Of a stretch of DNA of 64,000 bases, positions 36,125-44,099 are shown piece after piece. Origin of the DNA: a virus (taxonomy: Duplodnaviria; Caudoviricetes); IMG/VR virus record IMGVR_UViG_3300047571_000001, positions 1,314 through 65,313 of that record. One strand, written 5' to 3'. Positions within the stretch are counted from its first letter, which is position 1. Each line of letters starts with the position of its first letter. The notes under the pieces were generated by a model. It saw nothing but the letters and a program-made list of their open reading frames with translations, made no database searches and was not told the origin of the DNA. Made by a program: the position numbers and the translations under genes.

Positions 36125-36603
36125 CAGTTCGGCTTGCCGTCACTCTGGCGCTGGGCCATCAGGTTGCCGAGCGTCGAGCCAGCGTCCGGAGTCTGAGCGG
36201 CAGCCAGGGCCGCTTCTTTCTTGCCGAGCTTGGGCGCCTTCTCGCTCTTCTGCGGCTGCGATGTCTGACCGAAGACCATCAGGTCGTTGTCCTTCAGCAC
36301 GTCGCGGAACTCGCGGCCGGCGGCGACATTGCCGGCCATGAAGAGTTCCCAAAGCTTGGTCAGCAGATTGGCGTTGAGCCGGTCGCGCGCAACGTCGCGG
36401 AATTTCAGCTCTGAAAAATAATGCTTCCGAAGCGTCGGCTGGGTGATGTAGAGCGCCGCCGCGATCCGCGCGTTGCCCCAACCAGCCGCCACCAACATGC
36501 TGACGCGATTCCGGTTTTGCTGGCTCGCGACATGTTCGGGCCGGCCGCGCTGCCCCCAGTTGGCTGGAACAGGATCACCGAAGAGGTCGAAAATCTGGTC
36601 CAC
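36124..36603 (-). CDS. terS: Terminase small subunit
   Basis: HTH (IAAALYITQPTLRKHY), GNVAA, KLGKKE tail; directly upstream of terL. Confidence 0.85.
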   Translation of the reverse strand: MDQIFDLFGDPVPANWGQRGRPEHVASQQNRNRVSMLVAAGWGNARIAAALYITQPTLRKHYFSELKFRDVARDRLNANLLTKLWELFMAGNVAAGREFRDVLKDNDLMVFGQTSQPQKSEKAPKLGKKEAALAAAQTPDAGSTLGNLMAQRQSDGKPN

Positions 36604-36675
36604 TAGAAAAAAATCCGTCCGTTTGTACCCATGCGGTTCCTGCTCCCGCGGGTCCAGAGATTGACTACCCCCCCT
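36604..36675. other. Probable cos/packaging initiation region
   Basis: HNH-terS gap with G7 run and T7 run on minus strand; position is the usual one in HNH-terS-terL phages. Confidence 0.4.
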
Positions 36676-37021
36676 TGGTTCCGTGCCGCGTGGCCCTCGA
36701 CTGCACGCCCTTCAACGTGTTGTGCGACGTGCATAGGCACTGACCATTGTTGGGGTCATACAACGCGCCACCATCAGCGCGCTCGACGATGTGATCGGCA
36801 AGCATGCGGTCACCATGCGCGGCGGACCGTTCGCATCGCCTACCATTCTCCACCCACTGGCATCGCCAACCAGCACGACGGCACACGGTAAGGCGCCATT
36901 CCTTGTGCTGTTGGGTCAGCAGCTCAGGGTCTGCGCGCTTTGGCTGCGGTCTGACGGTGAACCCACTGGACCTCGGCACCAGCGGCTTCAACGTTGTGAT
37001 CTTTGCCAATGCATGCACCAC
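36665..37021 (-). CDS. Packaging-associated HNH endonuclease
   Basis: C..C, ADHIVE..DGG..YD..N.QCLC..HN..K; upstream of terS. Confidence 0.85.
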   Translation of the reverse strand: MVHALAKITTLKPLVPRSSGFTVRPQPKRADPELLTQQHKEWRLTVCRRAGWRCQWVENGRRCERSAAHGDRMLADHIVERADGGALYDPNNGQCLCTSHNTLKGVQSRATRHGTKGG

Positions 37022-37159
37022 GAAAGGCGAGCCGTCCGCCTATACCCCGAGGGCCTGTTACTGCCGATGGCAGTGGCTTGGGCGGACGGCTCTAAGTCAG
37101 GGAGGAAACGCCCAAGGAGGGCAGCGGCAGCGCAGATGCGCAACCGCACACCCTATGCA

Positions 37160-37195
37160 ACACAAAAGCCCCGGGCGTTTTCGCCACGGGGCTTC
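37160..37195 (-). terminator. Intrinsic terminator upstream of packaging genes
   Basis: Minus strand AAGCCCCGTGGCG-AAAA-CGCCCGGGGCTT followed by TTGTGTT. Confidence 0.7.
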
Positions 37196-37223
37196 AGATG
37201 CATCCAACGGCAACTATCAGAAC

Positions 37224-37442
37224 TTATGCTCGCCGGCGGATGCGTTTAGGTTCTCCGCTTGTCGAGGCTGCAGCCGGGTCATTGGCAACATCCATCAGCG
37301 TCGCCAGCTTACGGAGGTGGTTGTGGCTCCGATCGTTGACCTCAGCGAGACGCTCCAACTCCGAAAGCGCCGCAATCCGCCGCTGTTCGCACCGCGCCGC
37401 TAGAAGCGCCTTGTTTTCTGATGGATATTTTCGGCTTGGCAT
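37224..37442 (-). CDS. Hypothetical coiled-coil protein (72 aa)
   Basis: GGAG SD and ATG. Confidence 0.5.
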   Translation of the reverse strand: MPSRKYPSENKALLAARCEQRRIAALSELERLAEVNDRSHNHLRKLATLMDVANDPAAASTSGEPKRIRRRA

Positions 37443-37591
37443 AGCTTCGCTTCTCCCGCGCGAGCATTGCGCTTCACCCGCCTATCCCGTCCGCAGCTAC
37501 AACCGTTGCCAGGAGCTCAATGACTGAAGGCTCAGTGCGAAACGCCAATAGCTGATTCTATTTCGCCACATCAAGCTGATCCTCCCAACCC

Positions 37592-38095
37592 TCACGTCTT
37601 TCCACGACGTTTAAGCTTACCTCGCTTCCGACGCGACATTCCCGGCCTCTTCCGAGCCGACCGCACGACGCTCTCAACCGACTTGCGCTGTGCCTCCACG
37701 TCCAGCTGCTCGCAGCTTTCCTCAAAACGCAGCCGATCGATCTGCTCGTCAGTGACCCAGCCGATTATCTTCTCGACAGCTGGTGTTGTCACAACACGCA
37801 GCCAGTTGGCGTCGGTTTCCCAGAAAAACACGAAGACATAACCCGGAACGATCGGCGTGTGGCGCTCCACCTTCCGTCCGCGCACCACGGTCTCGTCGAC
37901 GGTTGCCGGGACAAAAATACCGAACCTTCTCTTGGCTAGTTCGGATTCCGCGGCGCGCGAATACACCTGCACTACATACCACCTCGCCGCCTTGTCTTCC
38001 GTCATCTCGGCATCGCGCGGATCGAACATGCGTGCCGGCTTTGCTAATTCAGCCTTCGCTTCCGGCGAGAGATCGTCGGCGGAGAGCACTTTCAT
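37592..38095 (-). CDS. NusG-family (NGN domain) antiterminator-like protein
   Basis: WYVVQV...E......F.P...........P..PGYVFV NGN motif; between replication and packaging modules. Confidence 0.8.
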   Translation of the reverse strand: MKVLSADDLSPEAKAELAKPARMFDPRDAEMTEDKAARWYVVQVYSRAAESELAKRRFGIFVPATVDETVVRGRKVERHTPIVPGYVFVFFWETDANWLRVVTTPAVEKIIGWVTDEQIDRLRFEESCEQLDVEAQRKSVESVVRSARKRPGMSRRKRGKLKRRGKT

Positions 38096-38259
38096 TCGAT
38101 AGCTCCAACATCTCGATTTTCCCTGTCGATTTGCTGGCCGTCGGTTCCGGGAGAAACTGTACGCAATCGGTACAGTTTCTCCGCAGAGGTCGTTCGAAAG
38201 CTTGCCCAGAGCTTCGATTAGTCCAAAACGTCGAGTTTCTATTCCAATTCTATTTCTTT

Positions 38260-38577
38260 CGAGGGTTGCGAGGGTTTGGAGAGGGTTTGGTAGAGGGTTT
38301 AGAACTCAATTTGATAAATGATCTTCGATGGTTAGAGCGATAGTGCGAGGGTATCGAGGGTTTGTCCGTGTAACGCCTGAGTCATTCCATCTGTTTGCCG
38401 CTCGCCATCACCACGCCACGCCATGTGCGTCCGCTTCCCCTCTCGCACGTGTATGCGCGCGCGAGACCCTCGCAACCCTCGACGCGATTGCAAAAGCCGT
38501 TGCGGCACAGGCACATCTGGAATGACGAGGGTTTTTGACAGACCCTCGACAAACCCTCGCATAAGACGCGACCCTCG
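38260..38577. repeat. Iteron-like cluster, ~12 copies of GAGGGT(T) in both orientations; probable replication origin
   Basis: Copies near 38261, 38270, 38281, 38293, 38347, 38356, 38527 (+) and 38466, 38474, 38541, 38552, 38570 (-), beside an AT-rich tract. Confidence 0.7.
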
Positions 38578-38611
38578 GTGACCTATCCGCAACAGGTGAG
38601 CCCTTTCATCG

Positions 38612-40924
38612 TCAGATTTCCTCGTCGCCGGGGTAGCTGCTCGGCGGCTGGTAGCCGTCATTGGGCGGTGAGGACTGCGAGCCGGGTTGGCTTGGTGCCT
38701 CCGGCACATCGTGCAGCGCGACGTCGACGTAGCGGTGAATGCGGCCACTGTCGTCGCGCTTGAACTTTTTCTTCATCGTTCGACCGAAGCGCGTTTCGTG
38801 CATGTGCGCCTTGCCGTTGGCTTCGCTCCACGCCTTGTAGGCCAGGAACATCGCGCGGGCCGGTACGCCTGGTCCGGCCGGATCAGGCTTCACATGCGCG
38901 TCGGCAAACTGGCCGACAGGGTCCATCTCGGCGAAGTGCTCGGCCGTTGTCTGCAGCACGTCTTCCGACAGGATGAAACCGTTGTTGAGAAAATCGAGCG
39001 CGCCGGCGATCAGCCAGTTGAGGATTCCGGAACCTTCGGCAACGATCTCGGAGACGACGTCCTCGAAGTCGCGATGCCGTTCCGGCGGCAGCGTGACGGA
39101 CCATTCCACGATCGCCAGGCGTCGCTTCATGCCGCCGTCCGAGCCATCGAACTTCGGTTCGCCATTGCCGCTCATGTGGGGCTTGGCGGTCGGCTTGAAC
39201 TCGAAATAGCCCTTGTACATTGTGCGCACCGGCCAGCGCTCGCCGCCGGTAAGCTTCTTGATCGTTTCCATCTTGAGCGGAGCATCCTTCGGAAGCTCGG
39301 CGATTCTCAAGTAGCGCTTCGCATAACAGCGCGCGATGTCGGGCGTCGGCGCGCTCGGATTATTAGCGACCACGCCGGAGACGGTTTCCGCGGGCACGCC
39401 GACCGAGAGCCCATCGCCGAACACGCGCGCCAGCACCTCGAGGAAGACGCTCTTGCCGTTGCCGCCGGTGCCGGTGTGGAACATCACGCGCTGCACCGGC
39501 TGCGCCGTCAGGCTCATGCCGGAGTACTGCTGCACGGTGCGGCGCTTCTCCGGCTCCGGCTGGAACAGGTCGAGGAAGATGTTGAACTCGCGCGCGGTCG
39601 CGCCCTTCCTATAGGCATAGGGAATGACCGCTGTGAGCAGGTCCTCGCGATCGTGGCCCGGCTTGGCGACGAGCTCGTACTGGACACGACCATCCTTGAC
39701 CAGCGGGCGCTTGCCATCGGGGTCCGGGTTTTCCGGGTCCATCACCGGCACGAACGACAGTGTGTGGGTCAAGGTGGCGACCTTGAGTGGATCCGCGTTG
39801 AACGCATCCGGATGCCGGCGAAGGTGGGGCGCCGCGCACTTGATCATCGCGGCAATGCGGCCGGCGTTCTTGGTCGAGATGCCCCATTTCTTGCGGTTGG
39901 CGCGCCGCGTCGAGAGCGCTGTCCGCGCCTTCTTCCCGGCAGCGATGAGCGCGGTCAGCTCCTCAACCCTCGCAATCTGCTCGGGCGTGTCCGCGACGAG
40001 GTCTTTCAATTCCTTCGCAGCCGCCTCGGCCGCATTGACCGCGCGCGCCTCCGAATTCGAGAACTCGATATAGGCGGCTTCCAACTTGATCAGATCGCCA
40101 ACGCGCTGGCCGATCAGGTGCGCGAGCGCTTCGCCGCCGGCGAGATCCCAATGCGTCCCGGTCCAAGCCAGCATTTGTCCTGCGGCAACATCGTCTTCCT
40201 GCCGCACCATCAGGTCGCGGCCGAAATAGGCTATCAGGCGCTTGCCGTTGTCGACGTCGGATTGATCCAGGCATGCGCATTCCCGGAACGTCTCATCGCT
40301 GATCGGTTCATCGGGCACATACTGATTTTCGTCGTCCTCGTCGTTTTCGAGGGTTTGATCTCGCTCGCCTTCTTCCCGCAAGGGGGTGTGGGGGGACGAA
40401 GCAAAAGTTGAAGGCGAAGACGCGAGGGTTTGATCGGAGTCGTCTGCGTCGCCGGGAGGCGAGGAAGGCGAGGAAGCCAAGGCCGGGAAAGAGACAACAT
40501 TGTCGCCCGCCTCTCGCGGGCGCCCATCAATGTGAGGTGCTCCAAGCGCCGCTGAAGCGGCGCGTCGCACCTCCGCCAGATCCGCTGGAGTCTTTTTGCC
40601 GATCTTCAGGCCGGCGGCGATCGCGCTCTTGATGGCCTTGGCGCCGAGGTCGCGGATCAGGCCGACGCCGGCGGCAGCGTCCTCGAGGGATGCCTTGGCG
40701 AAGCGCTCGTCGATCGCGCCGGCGGCCGCAAGCGCGCCGAGCTGCTCGGCGATCGCGGATAGCACGGTCGCGTGATGGTCGCCCTCGGCGGCGCGGATCT
40801 GCGCCAGGCCGGCGTTCAGCTGCTCGAGCCCGAATTTGCGCTCGGCCTGGGCGAGGGTTGCAGGATCGACGTCGACGAACGCGGGGGCGTTGTCGATCAG
40901 ATCGAGGATGGCTTCAGTGGTCAT
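38612..40924 (-). CDS. P4/D5-family SF3 helicase (primase-associated)
   Basis: GTGGNGKS Walker A, IKKLTGGE...R..YK..FEF.P..K, D.G..RRL; ATGA start 40924. Confidence 0.92.
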   Translation of the reverse strand: MTTEAILDLIDNAPAFVDVDPATLAQAERKFGLEQLNAGLAQIRAAEGDHHATVLSAIAEQLGALAAAGAIDERFAKASLEDAAAGVGLIRDLGAKAIKSAIAAGLKIGKKTPADLAEVRRAASAALGAPHIDGRPREAGDNVVSFPALASSPSSPPGDADDSDQTLASSPSTFASSPHTPLREEGERDQTLENDEDDENQYVPDEPISDETFRECACLDQSDVDNGKRLIAYFGRDLMVRQEDDVAAGQMLAWTGTHWDLAGGEALAHLIGQRVGDLIKLEAAYIEFSNSEARAVNAAEAAAKELKDLVADTPEQIARVEELTALIAAGKKARTALSTRRANRKKWGISTKNAGRIAAMIKCAAPHLRRHPDAFNADPLKVATLTHTLSFVPVMDPENPDPDGKRPLVKDGRVQYELVAKPGHDREDLLTAVIPYAYRKGATAREFNIFLDLFQPEPEKRRTVQQYSGMSLTAQPVQRVMFHTGTGGNGKSVFLEVLARVFGDGLSVGVPAETVSGVVANNPSAPTPDIARCYAKRYLRIAELPKDAPLKMETIKKLTGGERWPVRTMYKGYFEFKPTAKPHMSGNGEPKFDGSDGGMKRRLAIVEWSVTLPPERHRDFEDVVSEIVAEGSGILNWLIAGALDFLNNGFILSEDVLQTTAEHFAEMDPVGQFADAHVKPDPAGPGVPARAMFLAYKAWSEANGKAHMHETRFGRTMKKKFKRDDSGRIHRYVDVALHDVPEAPSQPGSQSSPPNDGYQPPSSYPGDEEI

Positions 40925-41160
40925 GCGGACTCGATCAGCTCCGAACGGCGCAGCAAGCCAGCGCCATTGCTCCAATACATTCCGGGCAGGCTTCCGCCAG
41001 GCCCGGTCACAGAGCCAAGGCCCCTACGCTGCAGCGCCTTAGCTGCTGCATAATCGGCCCCTGTACGCAGCTCGACACCACAACCCTCATCACCCGTGCG
41101 ATCGTCGGGCTCGCTTTCCAGCAGCATTCGGCGCTGCGCATCGGTCAACGTCGCGCTCAC
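40921..41160 (-). CDS. Hypothetical protein (79 aa)
   Basis: GTGA/ATGA coupled. Confidence 0.6.
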   Translation of the reverse strand: MSATLTDAQRRMLLESEPDDRTGDEGCGVELRTGADYAAAKALQRRGLGSVTGPGGSLPGMYWSNGAGLLRRSELIESA

Positions 41161-42356
41161 GCCGCCTCTGCCTTCAGCAAATCATTGAAATCGAGTCCGG
41201 ATGGTGCGAACGCGATCCGGATCACGCGCCCTGCCCGCGCGTAGCGGCGCGCGGCGCGTTCCATGGCGTTCTCGGTCAGCACCTTTTCGCTGTCGCCATC
41301 ACCGAGCAGGATCAATTCCTCGACGCTGTCCGGAATCGACAGGCCTGTATCCTCGAGGTCGGGGAAGCGATCAGGCACCTTCTGGGGCTGGCCGTTCGGA
41401 CGCTTCAAGGTCGGGTGGTTGACGGTCCTGTTGGCTCGGCCGGCGAGGTTGCCGAGGTCGCCAGCGGCCCAGAAGGCCATGTCGTCGAGGGGACGGCCGG
41501 CCTGATGCATCGCGGTCCAGACCGAGAGCACGGTCTCGATGCCCTCGCCGATCACCAGGCGCCGCGGCGCATCGTGCATGAGCACCGCGATATAGGCGCC
41601 GGTCTTCGAGCCGCGCATCTTCTTGGCGTTGAGGACCTCGCCGGAATCGGGGTCGAGGATCTCGGCTTTCACCGGCGCCTGCGCGATTACGTCATCAGGT
41701 GACGTAACGACGTTCAGCCACGTCAGGTGCAGCCCGCCGAACTTGCCGTCGGGCCGGATGAAGGCGCCGACCATCGCCGGCCCTTCATGGATCTTGCGCG
41801 GACCGGCCTTGCGGCCGTGATCGTCGACGGTCTCGCCGTGCCAGTAGGGCATCGCCGGCGCGAAGCGAAGGCCCGGGCAGCGCTCCGGCAGCTGCAGGCC
41901 GCGCCCCTCGAGGTAGCGCGCGGCGATGCTGCCGTGGATCGGCCGCGTCTGCTTCCAGGTGCGGTGCAGGCGCTTGCGCTCGGCCTCGCGGTAGTCGGCC
42001 GAGGTCTTCTCGCGCGCCAGGCGCTTGCGCTCGCGTTCCTCGAACAGTTCCTTGGCGCGGGCCGCGTCGATCGCGGTGCGCCCGCCGAGCCGCTCGATCG
42101 CGGCGCGGAAGTCGCAGCCCTCGACCTTCTCGACCAGCCAGATGACGTCGCCGCCGTCCGGGCACACCGCACAGACCCATCTGGAATCCTTCTCGATCAC
42201 CTCGAAGCGCTGCGACGACGTCTTGCCACCACAGATCGGGCATGGTCCGACCAGCTTGCCGCCGGCGCGGCGCAGCTTCGTGTAGCCCGAGGCAATATCC
42301 GCAATCGGATTACGCGCGCGGATGTCGTCGAGCTCGTCGTCGGTGATGCGCGCCAT
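41157..42356 (-). CDS. DNA primase (CHC2 zinc finger + Toprim)
   Basis: GPCPICGG...W.CAVC..GGDVI; GEGIET; LLGDGD. Confidence 0.88.
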   Translation of the reverse strand: MARITDDELDDIRARNPIADIASGYTKLRRAGGKLVGPCPICGGKTSSQRFEVIEKDSRWVCAVCPDGGDVIWLVEKVEGCDFRAAIERLGGRTAIDAARAKELFEERERKRLAREKTSADYREAERKRLHRTWKQTRPIHGSIAARYLEGRGLQLPERCPGLRFAPAMPYWHGETVDDHGRKAGPRKIHEGPAMVGAFIRPDGKFGGLHLTWLNVVTSPDDVIAQAPVKAEILDPDSGEVLNAKKMRGSKTGAYIAVLMHDAPRRLVIGEGIETVLSVWTAMHQAGRPLDDMAFWAAGDLGNLAGRANRTVNHPTLKRPNGQPQKVPDRFPDLEDTGLSIPDSVEELILLGDGDSEKVLTENAMERAARRYARAGRVIRIAFAPSGLDFNDLLKAEAA

Positions 42357-42658
42357 CAGTCGGACACCTCACTGCTATCATAGACGACGTTGTCTTCCGT
42401 CGCCGGCGCCGCTTCCGCGGCCGCCGCCTGAGCGGCCATCCGCCGCTTGACATGATCCAGCAGATCCGGATCGCCGTTGATGGCGTCGATCAGCCGGACC
42501 ATGCCGGCGAAGTCATCGCGCCGGGCAACGAGATGAGGCTCCGGCTCCTTGATGCGGCCGTCCCGGACCCAGTAGTCCTGGGTGATCTCGAGGCGCTCGG
42601 CCTCGAGCATGGCGCTGCGCTGCATGCGGGGAAGCGTGGTTTTGCCGGGGGGCTTCAT
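42356..42658 (-). CDS. Hypothetical protein (100 aa)
   Basis: ATGA start 42658. Confidence 0.55.
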   Translation of the reverse strand: MKPPGKTTLPRMQRSAMLEAERLEITQDYWVRDGRIKEPEPHLVARRDDFAGMVRLIDAINGDPDLLDHVKRRMAAQAAAAEAAPATEDNVVYDSSEVSD

Positions 42659-43113
42659 AGCGGCTCCCATTGGATCAGCACGCCGACGAACGGACCAAGA
42701 TGCTTGCCGTCGTGCTCCTCGAGCCAGAAGGCCCGCATGCCGGCCCAGTCGTCGAAGCCGTCGTCGCGGGCGAACATGTCGAGCTCTGACGGCTTGCGAT
42801 ATTCGATCAGCCGGCTGAGCTGGTTGACGAGGATGCGTTCATCATGCACGAACAGCCGGATCTTGCTGACGGCGCTGCAGCTGGCATCACCGATCTTGAA
42901 GCACTTCGTTGTCCGCATGCCGTAGTAGAGCTGCAGGGCCTCGCCAGCGCGCGCGTGCCGGCGGCGACCGTTGGCGCGGATGGTCTGGCGCTTGGGGCGG
43001 ATCGGCTGGCCAGGCAGATAGCCGCCGAGCTCGTAATGCAGATCGAGCACCGGCAAGCCGAGACCGACACGGATCGGGGCGACGAAGCGGCCCTTGTAGG
43101 AATAGGCGACCAT
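42655..43113 (-). CDS. ASCH/PUA-like domain protein
   Basis: KRQTIR....R..R.GE.LQLY.GMRT..C; FARDDGF.DW..M..FW. Confidence 0.75.
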   Translation of the reverse strand: MVAYSYKGRFVAPIRVGLGLPVLDLHYELGGYLPGQPIRPKRQTIRANGRRRHARAGEALQLYYGMRTTKCFKIGDASCSAVSKIRLFVHDERILVNQLSRLIEYRKPSELDMFARDDGFDDWAGMRAFWLEEHDGKHLGPFVGVLIQWEPL

Positions 43114-43589
43114 CAGCCCTCGCCCTCCGAAAGCGGCTTAGCAGAGCTTTGATCTATCGATGGGATCGAGCGCGTGATGCCGTTGAAGCGGTCAAGCGCG
43201 CGCTGATCTCGCTCTCGCTGGGCCTTCATTTGCTCGACCTGAGAGACAGCCAGATCCCGCTCGCGTGCAGTGTCCGCCAGAAGCTTGGCCTGGATGCCGG
43301 CGTTGCGCTCAAGCAGATCTATCGTGCTGCGGAGCCGCCTGTTCTCGCTTTCGAGGATGTCAGTAACCTCCTCAGTATATGCGCTGTCGCCCTCTGCCGG
43401 AGTGAGACTGGCCGAAAGCCTGCCCCGCAGCGCATTCAGGAAGTCGCGGACCTTGTTCTCAGCCGCGATGCGGGGCGGGCGCTGGACTGGTGTTTCAGTC
43501 ACTGCGCGGCCGAACGCAGCCAAAGCCTCGTCCACCTCCGCAACGCTGGCGCATAGTCCTTGGGCAGGAACTCTTGTCTGTCCGCTCAT
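43113..43589 (-). CDS. Hypothetical coiled-coil protein
   Basis: GGAGG SD, coupled. Confidence 0.6.
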   Translation of the reverse strand: MSGQTRVPAQGLCASVAEVDEALAAFGRAVTETPVQRPPRIAAENKVRDFLNALRGRLSASLTPAEGDSAYTEEVTDILESENRRLRSTIDLLERNAGIQAKLLADTARERDLAVSQVEQMKAQRERDQRALDRFNGITRSIPSIDQSSAKPLSEGEG

Positions 43590-43786
43590 ATTGCCCCTCC
43601 CGCCGGCACCAGGCCGGCCGCATTGAGGGGCTTGGGCGTGACCTTGATCTGATACAGCGGAGGCACTCGGCAGATCAGAAGCGCAACGCGATAATCAGCG
43701 ATGGTGAGATCATCGTAGAGTGGCGGCGACGGAAACTGCGTTCCATCCTTCTCCAGCGCCATGATGATGGTGAATTGCCGCATCAT
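43586..43786 (-). CDS. Hypothetical protein (66 aa) flanked by 33-bp direct repeats
   Basis: ATGA overlaps at both ends; C-terminus LNAAGLVPAGG identical to upstream gene. Confidence 0.5.
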   Translation of the reverse strand: MMRQFTIIMALEKDGTQFPSPPLYDDLTIADYRVALLICRVPPLYQIKVTPKPLNAAGLVPAGGAI

Positions 43787-43824
43787 GTTATCCCTCCCGC
43801 CGGCACAAGCCCGGCCGCATTGAG
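43595..43824. repeat. 33-bp direct repeat (43595-43627 and 43792-43824; 31/33 identical) containing the SD
   Basis: CCCTCCCGCCGGCAC(C/A)AG(G/C)CCGGCCGCATTGAG twice. Confidence 0.9.
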
Positions 43825-44088
43825 CCAATCGTTGATCTTGATCAGGGCGAGGCGCTTGGCATCGATGACGTCGCTTGCCGGGCGCCATGCGTGTCCGGCG
43901 CTGGCTTCCGGCAAGGCCAGGCGGAACGCGGCCTGATGCCGTCCGCCCTCGAGTGGGATGATCTCGCCCACCCGCACCTTGCCCAGCAACACGGCCTCGC
44001 GGCCGAGCGTCAGCGGCTCAAACGTCACGATACCGTCGTGCGCCTCGTTCGACGGGTGCTCGTGCAAGCTTTTGTGCGAGACGTTCAT
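43783..44088 (-). CDS. Hypothetical protein (101 aa)
   Basis: ATG 44088 just after ParB-like stop. Confidence 0.6.
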   Translation of the reverse strand: MNVSHKSLHEHPSNEAHDGIVTFEPLTLGREAVLLGKVRVGEIIPLEGGRHQAAFRLALPEASAGHAWRPASDVIDAKRLALIKINDWLNAAGLVPAGGIT

Positions 44089-44099
44089 TCGCCGTCCCG

